Assembly: GCF_006345805.1 (NCBI RefSeq) | Contig: NC_043005.1 | Coordinates: 53,382,001 to 53,446,000 of the forward strand | Source: Octopus sinensis | Lineage: Eukaryota | Length of the DNA: 64,000 nucleotides | Direction of reading: 5' to 3' | In this document: positions 24,467 to 36,465 of the stretch, piece by piece | Layout of the letters: the number at the start of each line of letters is the position of its first letter | Position numbering within the stretch: position 1 is the first letter of the stretch | The notes under the pieces: generated by a model | Told to the model about the DNA's origin: nothing | Seen by the model: only the letters and a program-made list of their open reading frames with translations | The model's database searches: none | Made by a program: the position numbers and the translations under genes

Positions 24467-25020
24467 GATGATGATGATGACGATGATGACGATGATGATG
24501 ATAACGATGATGATGATGATGATGATGACGATGATGATGATGACGACGACGATGACGACTGCGATAGTGATAATGATGACCATGATGGAGAAGGTGGAGG
24601 AAAAAGAAGAATGAGGAAGATTGTGGATGATTGTTATGCCATCAATTTAGATGAATGTGATGATAATAACGAAGAGGTGTGGAGGACAAGGATGGGAAGA
24701 AGAAAGCGAAGAAGTAGGAGCTGGATGTGAAGGATTATTATCATTTCTAGCACAGGCGAAGAATGATATAAAATGTGCCGCAGCAACTATTTCTGGTCTT
24801 TATGGTGGTGGTGGTGGTGGCGGTGGCGGCGGCAGCGTGGTGGTGGTGGTGGTGGTGATGATGGTGGTGGTTGTGGTGGTGTTGGTGGTTGTTGTTGTGT
24901 TGTTGTTGTTGTTGTTGTTGTGGTGGTGGTGGCGGTGGCGATAGTGGTGTGAAGTGGCTTCTACTGCTGCTGATGATGATGACGATGACGATGATGATGA
25001 TGGTAATGATGATGATGATA
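24400..25020. repeat. (GAT)n/(GGT)n/(GTT)n low-complexity block
   Basis: Direct reading. Confidence 0.9.
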
Positions 25021-25509
25021 CCGAAAATATACCTGGAAAAATGTTGATTGCTTTCGATTGCTTTATATCTCCTCTTAATATATCTCATAAATTGTTACTG
25101 TTTTATCTTGACACCGGTCCATTTTTATCACATGACACCAAACCACATGATTGCGATTGTTTTCCATTGTAAAGATTTTAAAAGATTTTTGTTAGTCTTT
25201 TATTTTGCTTAAATTTTAATTCCTTTTTTCAGTTTTGCTCTGTGGTCCATTATATATTATGCTTCTAAAAATACTGCAAATCATTTAGAAGAATTAATTT
25301 CTCAGGAATTTCAATTCAATATCAATAAATTCATTGCAATTTACACGCGATTGTCGAATAAATGGTTTTCTTCATTCAGTTTTGTCTCTTACGATGGCTC
25401 CACAGCTAAAAATCTCTATAGAATTTGTGTAAATAAAATGTTCCTTACGCACTTAGTTATATATAATGATGGGAATCCTTAAACTTTGTGATCAATATAA
25501 TGTAACTCA

Positions 25510-25632
25510 CATACAGGTACATACATACATACATACATACATACACACACACATACATACATACATATATACATACATACATACATACATACATACATAC
25601 ATACATACATACATACATACATACACATGTAC
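25510..25632. repeat. (TACA)n microsatellite
   Basis: Direct reading. Confidence 0.95.
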
Positions 25633-25652
25633 ATAATTGGCTGAATCCTTAC

Positions 25653-26343
25653 CTAAAAGATGATCAGAAACCAATTGGTCCAGGGTATTAGATGGTAAAT
25701 GTCTTTCATTTCCAAATTTATTCTTGTCGAATTTTATCTGTTATTTTTGTGGTTTACAGAACCTAGCTGTTCTTTCTAATGTATTGAATTTCCTACAAGT
25801 GGATTCCTTATGTGTATAAATATACACTATATCGTATAACTAATATATAGTCTTCTTGACTAATTTTTTTTTTTTGCACGTTAGACCACTGGAAATGTAA
25901 ACTTTTATTGAATGTTTTAATTTTAATTAAATTCCATTCCCTTTGACATGATTAAATACTGTAAGGTTTTGGATAATTTTCGGTTAAAAGTTGGCGGTTT
26001 TTCATTGTAGCCAGCGAAGGACTGCGTCTACGCAGTAAAATTTGAAAAGTTAGTTCGTATTAACACGAGACAAGTAGCCTTGTTTGTCTCGTGTTGGATA
26101 TGTTTGACCCTAGTTTGGACCTTGCTGAAGAAAATCAGACCTTGTGAGTTCCCCTTGACTCGCTAAAAGATGATCAGAAACCAATTGGTCCAGGGTACTA
26201 GATGGTAAATGTTTTTCATTTCCAAATTTATTCCTGTCGAATTTTATCCGTTATTTTTGCGGTTTACAGAACCTAGCTGTTCTTTCTAATGTGTTGAATT
26301 CCCTACAAGTGGATTCCTTATGTGTATAAATATACACTATATC

Positions 26344-26348
<5 letters not shown>
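25653..26348 (+). mobile_element. Retrozyme-like / non-autonomous PLE element: 510-bp unit with 186-bp terminal redundancy
   Basis: 25653-25838 and 26163-26348 are both 186 bp and differ at 7 positions, all transitions. An HHR motif straddles the unit junction; no ORF. Confidence 0.7.
26110..26201 (+). ncRNA. Type I hammerhead ribozyme motif, predicted cleavage after C26190
   Basis: CUAGU-UUGG-ACCUUG CUGAAGA [stem II AUCA/UGAU plus GUGAGU/ACUCGC] GAAA CCAAUUG GUC CAGGGU ACUAG. Stem I is 6+5 bp and stem III is the perfect palindrome ACCAAUUGGU; the stem II closing pair is non-canonical. Confidence 0.65.
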
Positions 26349-26383
<35 letters not shown>

Positions 26384-26387
<4 letters not shown>

Positions 26388-26630
26388 TATGGATTTGGCT
26401 TGCAAGATTCTTTATATGAGTTCGTGTGTGGAAGCATATTCTGTGGTATCTGGGGAGAGTTATTTTCTTTTGGTGCCTTATAATGTAACACACTCACCGG
26501 TAAAATTTCCACTTATTTCTTTTTTTTTTTATTTTCCTAAAATTTTCGTTGCGTCTTGCAACCTTTTCAATAGTCTTGAGTGTGTTACATTATAAGGCAC
26601 AAAAAGAAAATGACTCTCCCCAGACACAAC
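26384..26630 (-). mobile_element. PLE-like insertion with inverted duplication (arms 26443-26496/26577-26630)
   Basis: Same family as 19816 and 31513; the unpaired tail GGATTTGGCTTGCAAGATTCTTTATATGAG abuts (TA)n. Confidence 0.8.
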
Positions 26631-26644
26631 AATATATAAATATT

Positions 26645-27352
26645 GATACACTAAAGAAATAAGGAGGCATCACGCATACTTCATTGCGGACGTGACGGTT
26701 GCAGGAAATTATGTATGCATAACTCTTGAAACTTCAGAAGGGTCTGCACAGAACGATCTGTCATTTCTTCTGTTAACTTTTTGATCTTGGTCGAAGTTTG
26801 TGTCGTTGAGAAAAACCAAATAAAATCTTCTGCTGGATTTTTTTAGTTTGTTTAAGAGCCTTTTATATCTGATGTAGTGATGTTCTTTTGCTTTTTCTGA
26901 CAAATTTACTTTTCCCCATCATATAAGACTTATATCTGATGTCTTCGTGGACAAAATTTCGGACTGTTCCTTCAGACACATGGAGATTGCAATTGACCTC
27001 ATGGACTTTCTGGAATTGTAATCAATGATCTGTTGAACTTGCTGGATAAATTCAGGTGTTCTGACGATTTTAGAGCGTTTAGACTGCTTTAATACTGGTG
27101 ATGCGTTTTCATCTTCAGTCTCTAGCTCCTTAAAAACTGTGTAGACGAAAGAACTGGAAACATTTAAAAATCAAAATATTTCTAAATCGCTATGCTCAGC
27201 CATTATAACCACAATAACAGCATGCCTCTTCATTTCTTGAGTAAGCGTAAGGTCTGCCGTTAATATTTTCTGAAACAAAGATTAATCAGAGTTATCAAAA
27301 AATGCTGCAATGACCCCAAAAATGTATGTCCTCAAACACCTTACGCACCATG
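26645..27352 (-). mobile_element. Tc1/mariner-superfamily transposon fossil (maT/DD37D-like), 3'-truncated
   Basis: MKRHAVIV..KIVRTPEFIQQVQQIIDYNSRKSMRSIA..HVSEGTVRNFVHEDIRYKSY..NFDQDQKVNRRNDRSFCADPSEVSRVMHT*FPATV..VMPPYFF. TA|CATGGTGCG end at 27352. Subfamily assignment is from recalled motifs. Confidence 0.85.
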
Positions 27353-27616
27353 TATATATGTATATATGCAAACAGAAAAAAGCAAAGACTGAAGATTTTC
27401 AGGCAACGAATATTTATGTATAAACATAGAGATATTCAGATATTAATAGATCAAAACTACGGTGAGTACAAACGGGGCTCGGAGATCCATTACAATGTTG
27501 GTAGATGTAGTTCCTCAAAATATGCACATAGACATTGGCTAAATCATGCCTCCATCATCAGTGTAGAAACAATCTTGTATTTCAGATCAGGATGCAGAGA
27601 AGTTTGAAGTGAACCG

Positions 27617-27697
<81 letters not shown>

Positions 27698-27701
<4 letters not shown>

Positions 27702-28579
27702 AGGGGATACGCCAAAGAAACCAGAATTTTACAATTTTATGTTATTCACTTAGCTTTGTATGTTTACATTTTTATTCGCCTTGAAAGAATTCTCCATTTG
27801 AAGCATGGCATGGGTCCAGGCGCGTTTTCCACTATTCGAAGCAGTGCTGGAGCTCTTGCGAAGTGATGCTATTTAATGCCTCTGTCGTATTTTTCTTCAC
27901 CTCTTCCACATCTGCGAATTCTGTAAGCATCAGCTTTCGTCAACAGTTATGACCTTCGAAAAAAATGTTCCGGATCAAAGTCCATCTGTTCTTTCAGTTC
28001 ACTACACGCATTCAGACGTAACTGTCTTTGATCTTCCGTTAGGAAGTGACGCACAACTTTTACTGCAACTATTTTGATTTGCAATACCTCGCAGAAAACC
28101 CATTAGCAAGAACTTCAAGATACACCAGTCATATCAGCAAGTTTGTCAATTTTTCTGCGACAGTCCTCCAAGATCATGTCATGAATTTTCATGATGTCTT
28201 CATTTGTTCGGGAGGTCGTCGTTCGTCCTGAACGAAACTGGTCTCGAAGTGATAAGTGGTTATTCCTAAAGCGTGGAAACCAGTCGTAAACTTGTGTTTT
28301 GCACATGACATCGTCCTTGTAAGCTGTTTGAAGTATGACAACTCTTTCGTCTGTAGTTTCCTACAGCAGAAAGCAGAATATCCATTGTTTCGACCATCGC
28401 AAAAATCTCCGAACAGAGGAGAAACACTGCAAAACAAAGACGCACAACGTGGCACTTCGGGTCCACCCTACGACTCCGGTCAGTAAATTGATGCCTGAGG
28501 GTTGCATCAAGTGGCTTCCAGTGGCGAAAGCCTGAACTACATCAAATTTGACACAAACAAAAAGTTTCCGGTTACTTTT

Positions 28580-28586
<7 letters not shown>
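27698..28586 (-). mobile_element. Mariner transposon fossil, internally deleted
   Basis: MCKTQVYDWFPRFRNNHLSLRDQFRSGRTTTSRTNEDIMKIHDMILEDCRRKIDKLADMTGVS and FSKVITVDES. Degenerate TIRs (ACGCCAAAGAAACCAGAA / ACCTAAAAGTAACCGGAA) in TA context. Confidence 0.9.
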
Positions 28587-28623
<37 letters not shown>

Positions 28624-29144
28624 TGTGTGTGTGTGTGTGTGTGTATAGCTTATGTCAAAAGAATTTAGAAACTTCTAGATAAATGAGATAAATCTCGAAG
28701 TAGAACTAATGTAACCCAATATTTATATGCAATTGTACATAGCTTTACCTACTTCGATTTCAAGTTCGCCGCTCAAAATGAATATATACAGACGTGTGTG
28801 CATGCATGTGTGTGTGTTTATATATATATATATATACACACATATATATATATATATTATATATAAGTGTGTACACACGCACACACGTCTATATATATTA
28901 TATATATAAAATGTGTGCGTTAATGTTCATTTGTAACGCGCATATGTCTTAAGCCATATGTGTGTATATCTATAGAGAGGCATATTAATATCTACCTATA
29001 CATATATATAAATAAGTTGGTACTGTAAATTTAGAATGAATACTTGATAAGTGTAAGCACCTGTATATGCCAGATAGTGGCAGAGATGAGAGAATATATC
29101 AAACATAAATTAAAAACAGGACACAAAGGATATCGCGGTAATAT

Positions 29145-29146
29145 AC

Positions 29147-29179
<33 letters not shown>

Positions 29180-29285
29180 TGTATGTATTTATGTATGTAT
29201 GTATGTATGTATGTATGTATGTATATATACGCATGTATATATATGTATGTATGTATGAATATATATATATATATTCATACATATA

Positions 29286-29319
<34 letters not shown>

Positions 29320-29330
29320 CACACACACAT
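29145..29330. repeat. (TATG)n/(TA)n microsatellite
   Basis: Direct reading. Confidence 0.95.
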
Positions 29331-29643
29331 GCACATATCCATGTATGTATATTCATAAAAACACGCACTCGTACATTCTATAGAGAAATTTGACAGCTGC
29401 ATATAATCATTGCATGTACATACATACACACAATACTTGTATGTGTATGTGTGTGCGCGGATTTGTGTGTGTCTAGGGATGTATATATGCGCATATATTC
29501 ATGTGTGTGTATATATATACATATCAATCTATCTTCTATCAATCTATCTATCTATATGTCTGTGCATGTGCATGTATATGTATGTAGATAGATAGATAGG
29601 CAAACAACTATTTGTACATATTTATATATCTTTTATATATACT

Positions 29644-29684
<41 letters not shown>

Positions 29685-30559
29685 TATATACATCATATAT
29701 ACATATACACATATACACATGCTTTCATGCCACCCAAACACTCATATATACATGCATACATACATGCATACATATATACATACATACATACATACATACA
29801 TACATAACTGTCCATATAAATGTATGATATACCGATTGACCAGTTTGCTAAACGCTAGGGTTGAATAGTTTGAACAGACATTTGAGCATTGTGCATCGTA
29901 TACACCATGTGTGCATTTCTCCGTGTACGTTCATGTGAGTGCACGTCTCATAGATTGTTGAAATCTTATATCTTGCACTGTCCACTTTTATGTTAGCAGT
30001 TCCAGACATAGTACCAATTGATCAGGGAAGAATTGAGGTGAGAGCGGGGAAAGGCAGGAGACTGGCTAAAGAGTACTTAAATCCAATGCTGACGATATTT
30101 TTAAATAGTGACCATTACTTATGGATCAGTAGTTACAGAGATCAAAGCTTCAATTTGTTTCGCTTCGCTGCATGTTTGCCCAATTACATGCTTTCCTACT
30201 TTATACGATCACAAATTGCAACACAAGAATTTGATAGTGCCAGTTTCGTTGCGTTTTCATTCAGTTATATTTTTGAATCCCAAGGCTTCTTTTCATATAT
30301 ACCCGCCCACCTGCTGCCTCTACAATTCTAGTAAATATTCCTTCAAATACACATGCATATATAAACACGGATGCCTATATAAAACACATACGCGTATACA
30401 TTATAGTTGCTTGTACAATGACATGCATAAATAGATACATATATGTTTGCAACTGCATGTGTGTCTTCATGTATAAGTAACTATATAGATGCATAAGCTT
30501 GCACATACGTACATCTGTGCGCGTACGTGTATGTGCGGACATGTGTGTGACTTCATGTT

Positions 30560-30669
30560 TCTCTCTCTCCCTCTCTCTCTTTCTCTTTCTCTTTCTCTCT
30601 GCTTATCTATCTATCCATGTACCTAACTATCTATCTGTCTATCTCTCTCTCTGTCTACCTATCTATCTC

Positions 30670-30766
<97 letters not shown>

Positions 30767-30814
30767 GTATCTATGTATATATCTCTATTTATCTATCTAT
30801 CTATCTATCTATCA

Positions 30815-30859
<45 letters not shown>

Positions 30860-30915
30860 CGTATCTATTTATGCATCACTCTTTCTCTCCCTCTCTGTAT
30901 ATATATATATATATA
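30560..30915. repeat. (CT)n/(TCTA)n microsatellite array
   Basis: Direct reading. Confidence 0.95.
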
Positions 30916-31293
30916 TTGTTAGATTTGTTTTTGAATGTATGGTTACATGTGAAAAATAATCAATATTAATCGAATATCCACTCAATATAATTTAGTAAAT
31001 ATATTCTATTTTACACGGAAAACTTGAAGTTTTAACTTTTACTGTGTTGAAAATAACACGCACGCGTGCGCGCGCACACACACACATGCACACATGACTA
31101 CATTGGATCTTGAAGCAATTAAAGCTATAAATGAGAGCATATAAATATTGGGTTGTAAAACAATTTTAACATAGATAAAATCGAAAGGTCCGACCTCTCT
31201 CCGAAAGGATTTTGTAACCTAATATAAGAACATTATTGTTTCATGTTCTCTCAAGAACTGATGAATTCTGATGTTGACGTCAACAATATATAT

Positions 31294-31333
<40 letters not shown>

Positions 31334-31387
31334 TAGATATATATAATATATATATATATATATAATATATTATATATGTATATATAT

Positions 31388-31442
<55 letters not shown>

Positions 31443-31512
31443 CACGTGGAGCGCATTTATACATATAGGAGATATAAATATTATCTATATCTATATATAT
31501 ATATATATAACA

Positions 31513-31860
31513 TTATTGTTTCCTGAGAGAGTCATTCCCTTTTAGTGCCTTATTATTTAACACACACACCGGTTCGATTTCCACTTAGTTAGTTATTTGT
31601 TCTTCTAAAATTTTCGTGGCATCTTGCAATATTTTCAATAGTCTTGCAACCTTTCCAACTGTCAAAAGTCAACGACTATTGAAAAGGTTGCAAAACGCAA
31701 CAAAAATTTTAGAAAAAGTAAATAACTAATGAATGGAAATCGAACCGGTATGTGTGCTAAATAATAAGGCACTAAAATGGAATAACTCTCCCCAGACACA
31801 ATAAAAAATGTGTCAACACACTAATTCACATAAAGAATCTTGCAAACCAAATACAAAAAA
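31513..31860 (+). mobile_element. PLE-like insertion with about 131-bp inverted arms (31513-31643/31674-31804)
   Basis: Arms are reverse-complementary (about 80-85% identity); unpaired tail CACATAAAGAATCTTGCAAACCAAATAC. Confidence 0.8.
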
Positions 31861-31919
31861 CTAAATATATGTATGTTTATGTTTATATGTGTGTGTGTAT
31901 GTATATGTGTGTGTGAATG

Positions 31920-31955
<36 letters not shown>

Positions 31956-31956
<1 letters not shown>

Positions 31957-32613
31957 GAGGGAGAGTCAGAAATTATACGCACTTTTGTTTTTTCAATACA
32001 TTTATACAGAAACAGGGGATAAACAAGTACGTTATATTTCTATATAGTCTCTTTCCTTTACGATGCACTTTGTCCAGCAGTCCATAAGCTTGCGTATTCC
32101 CTCCAAAAAGTTTTATGGTTGGTTGTGCAACCATTTATGCACCGTTTCCTTCACATCCTTCATCCATAGTAAATCGACGATCTCGTAAACCATCTTTAAG
32201 CGAGTATTCCAGCATCTCAAGCCCCAACTGGTTAATGGTTTCAACGGTCTGGGCGGGCGTGTGTCGGCGTGCATTGCCATGCAACAACAAAACCTTCTTC
32301 GACAATAGGTTTCGGCGTTTGGTGCGAATTGCTGGCTCCAGTTTGTTAACCAGCAAATCACTGTGTCTTGCATTGTTGATCGTACACCTCTTTTCCAGAG
32401 AAATCGGGTCACTGATCTTTGTTCTTCTTTGATGCACATTGCTAGTAGAGTGGTCATGCTTACACTGTCAAGCCAGAAACAAAAATGGCGCGATGAGTCT
32501 CAAATTTCAGTCACGTGACTACAATAGTACCAACTAGTATGCATGCATAGAAGGTAGTGTGACAATAATAAAGATGTTATGGCGAAAGACCGGATAATTT
32601 TTGGCTTCCCCTA
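31956..32613 (-). mobile_element. Mariner, internally deleted non-autonomous copy with both TIRs
   Basis: TA|CGAGGGAGAGTCAGAAATTATACG versus TA|TAGGGGAAGCCAAAAATTATCCGG. N-terminal MTTLLAMCIKEEQRSVTRFL is fused to KLEPAIRTKRRNLLSKKVLLLHGNARRHTPAQTVETINQLGLEMLE..VKETVHKWLHNQP. Confidence 0.9.
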
Positions 32614-32622
32614 TAATATATA

Positions 32623-32661
<39 letters not shown>

Positions 32662-33359
32662 TTATAAAACTGAGAATGTGTGTCTGTCTGTCTGTGTGTT
32701 TTTCCCTAAAACTTGAGAACTACACAACCAATTCATTCAATTTTACATATGCCTTACTTAGGGTCCGGGGAGTGTCATCGGCAAAAAATGGTTCAACTTC
32801 TTGCCTAGAACGAGCCCATAGCAATATCATATCTTCTCCACTATTTCAGTATTACGTGTTAAAAGTGAAACAAAAATATTTCTCTATTTTTATGTCAGAT
32901 GCTTTCTCTTTAACAAAAAAAATAATAATAACAATTGAATTAATAGTAGTAAGTAATAATTAAAATCAAACTAAAGTATAATATAAGAAAAATAGCAATG
33001 ATATAATTGCATCAATGATTTGAACTTGAATAAGTGATTTCACATGAATGAGAATTAAATTAAAAATAAAATTAGCGTGCAGAAATGGAATAGTCCAGAT
33101 GGATAATAAAAAATTAAATTAAGAAAAGACTATTGTCTATGAAGTATACAATGTAGAGAAAAAAGAAGAGCAAACAATTCCCAGTCTGTATTATATTTTG
33201 AGTATTTTTATCACTACGATATCAAATATAACTTTGTATTTTTGCATTTTATGTGTAGATGTATAATATATAGATGTACATGTAATATGTACACGTATAT
33301 ATACATATATATACATGCACTAGCACTATGACCCGGCAACGACGGGTCTTTAATGCTAG
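32623..33359 (+). mobile_element. Non-autonomous Helitron
   Basis: A|TC 5' end inside a TA run (exact start uncertain); 3' hairpin GACCCG-GCAACGA-CGGGTC (33330-33348) then CTAG|T (33356-33360). Confidence 0.75.
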
Positions 33360-33394
<35 letters not shown>

Positions 33395-34154
33395 GCATGT
33401 ATGTATATACAGAGAGAGAGAGAGAGAAGGAGAGAGACAAAAGGAGTAGGCGAGAGTGATAAATGAACACACTGCACTCAATCATGATATCCTCGGTTTC
33501 ATTTTAATCCCAGAAATCTTGGACTATTTTTACTATAGTTTTAAGCCGACGCAAGTTTTAAGAGTGAAATTCAGAATACACCATCGGACAGAGTGTAAAT
33601 GCCGGAAGCAACGGCTTTTGAAAATGCTCTCAAATATTCCTATGCACTAAATCATGTTAGAAAGTTCGGCAAGATATGTGGAAACTGCAATCTAGAGGGA
33701 TTTCAACATTTGATTAGACCATTTTTATTAATACTCTTATTTTTTATATTTTATCTATTTTTTCTCGCAAAACATGTGAAGTGGTTGTTTGCATAACGCT
33801 CTTTGATGAAATGGGTCAATGAGCTACAAAAGGTTCAACAGCAGTGATTTATAGTACTAAGCTTAACTTAATTATAGTAAAATGTTGATGTCTATGTATA
33901 TCTTGCATTAGTAATGATGAAACGGGTGTTATACCCAACACGGTTCATTTCAGCTTCGTACCTAAAGTAAACGTTATTAAAATCGGTAAAATAAATAAAG
34001 AAAAGCAGTTAAATGTTTTCGGAGGTGGTTGGGAACAGCAGATCTCGATTCACAAGGAAGATATAGGTAATAGTATTTAAATACTGGGTCGAGTAAGCCA
34101 TTGGATAGAAAAAATATCGAATGTTACCCGTGGGACACGAACCAATATCTCCTG

Positions 34155-34230
<76 letters not shown>

Positions 34231-34779
34231 GATGCATACGCATACAGCAGGTAAAGAAATATACAGATACAAAAAGAATAAGTGAGAGTAAAAGAGAACG
34301 AGAGCGAGGCAGAGAGAGAGAGAGAGGAGAGAGAGAGAGTGAGACAGACAGATAGACAGAGATTATAATTTATTATTTGAACAGGATTGACATTCATTTC
34401 CCTCTACTCATACATAAAGCGAAATATGCTTGCACACATAAATAGAGGTGTGGAGAGAACCAGAGACAATACAACGGGTGAAACAGAAATATATGATGTC
34501 AAATACGTCAGCATCGAATCAACGACGGCAAAATGTGACGGAAAAACGTGTCAAATTCCAGCTCCCTATATCTAGTTTAACTTTTGGTTAGATGAGACTA
34601 GTGTTACTTTAATACTGAAGGCAGTGGAATGTCTTTTAATAGATCCCAATAGAACATGGATGCTCAAAGTTGACAAAGAAACATAGGAGGCCAATTCATT
34701 CACTCTCATGTTGCGGGGACAAACACAACACATACAAACCACACACACACACACACACACACACATCCACACAACACCC

Positions 34780-34835
<56 letters not shown>

Positions 34836-34873
34836 ATATATTATATATTATAATATATATATATATACATATG

Positions 34874-35039
34874 TACGACGGGTTTCTTTCAGTTTCCGTC
34901 TACCAAATCCACTCAAAAGGCTTTTGTTGGCCCGAGGCTATAGTAGAATTCACTTGCCCAAGGTGCCACGCAGTGGGACTGAACCCGGAACCATGTGGTT
35001 GGTAAGCAAGGTACTTACCACACAACCACTCCTACGCTT
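34874..35039 (-). mobile_element. SINE family A, 5' half
   Basis: Near-consensus head and CORE-like CTTGCCCAAGGTGCCACGCAGTGGGACTGAACCCGG. Confidence 0.9.
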
Positions 35040-35559
35040 ATATATACATACATACATACATACATACACATACATACACACACATACATACATACACGTA
35101 CATACGCACAAAAATAGTTCTATATACAAACACACATAAATGGACATCATCTCTCACTCGTAAGCATCCTAAGTAGTAACTAAATGAAATATCAGGTGCG
35201 CATAAATATTTTCTGCAATATGTATTGTTTGTGGTTGTTTTTTTGTTTGTTTCTGTTTTCATGTTTATAAACCAAAACAAGACAAGAAATCATGCGTGCC
35301 CGTATGTGTATGTGTGTGTGTGTATGCGCGTGTATATGTGCGTACTGTTGCCTGTTTAACTATTTGCATGTTTGTACTGCAACTGTTGGCTGATGGATTT
35401 AATATTCAAGCAATCTCTCTGCTCCCCAGTGCTCTGTCTTTCATGCAACTGAACATGTCATATCAAACACATCGTACTTCATTCATTATTCTGCCACCTC
35501 TCTACATATCTTTCCAGCACAGATGACTGAGTCCACAAGGTAATAAGACAGGTTGCCAG

Positions 35560-35680
35560 TTCACATTCTGAAATGAGCTTCGATAAGGCTTTGTATCAAT
35601 GGTTTAAACACCTTAATCTCCAAATGACCGTGTCAATCTAGCTCAAAGTAGGTACAGCAAAAGGCCTAATCCACTGTTTT
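35560..35680 (+). mobile_element. Possible pogo/Tigger CENP-B-type HTH fragment
   Basis: Short translation FDKALYQWFKHL resembles the L..ALY.WF motif of Tigger transposases. Confidence 0.3.
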
Positions 35681-36123
35681 AGTCATCTATAGAAGCAGCA
35701 GCAGCACCAGCACCAGCAGCAGCGACAGCAGTAAACCATGATATTGATGACTCATATATTATCTTGTAGTGCTGATTTCAATTCATCATGTTAGAAATTC
35801 TTCTAGTGATAAAACACATTCCACAGACAATCAAAGAAATTATATTCTTGAGAAGGTTATAATGCCTCCCATAGTGACTTCCAGGAGCTATAATGTTAGA
35901 ATGGTTAAATACTAGTATGTTTCCGTGCTATTTGTTTAGGTTTGTTTTCTAGAGAATTGATATGAATATTAAACATCTGTATATGTGTGCATGTGTGTGT
36001 ATATACTCGCGAATGTAAATATGCATTACTATATGGGTCTGTAATGTATGTATGTATGTATGTATGTATGTATGTATGTATGTATGTATGTATGTACGTA
36101 CGTATGTGTGTATGTGCATACAC

Positions 36124-36184
<61 letters not shown>

Positions 36185-36185
<1 letters not shown>

Positions 36186-36465
36186 CTCTTTTATTGTTTC
36201 AGTCATTTGAATGCGGCCATGCTGGAGAATCGCTTTAGTCGAACAAATCGAGCCCAGAAGTTATTCTTTGTGAGCCTAGTACTTATTCTAACAATCCCTT
36301 TGCCGAACTGCTAAAATACGTGGGCGTAAACACACCAGCATATCGGTCGTCAAGCGATGGGGAGGGGGTAAACACAGGGACGCAAACACACAGGCACACA
36401 TATATATATTCACAACGGGCTTCTTTCAGTTTCCGTCAACTAAATCCACTCACAACGCTTTGAAC
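36185..36465 (-). mobile_element. SINE family A, head missing
   Basis: 3' half plus part of the 5' half, ending abruptly at the hAT fragment. Confidence 0.85.

Noticed and set aside
25653-25691. Stand-alone minimal hammerhead in the first 186-bp repeat (CUAAAAGA UGAUCA GAAAC CAAUUG GUC)
   Set aside because: The core is not CUGANGA and there is no stem I partner; it is only the 3' half of the motif seen complete at 26110-26201.
29990-30331. 113-aa ORF in unique sequence
   Set aside because: No recognisable motif, starts at a non-ATG codon, unremarkable length for chance.
33990-34157. Possible Tc1-like terminal repeat (TA|CAGGAGATATTGGTTCGTGTCCCACGGG on minus)
   Set aside because: No partner TIR or coding remnant found in the window.
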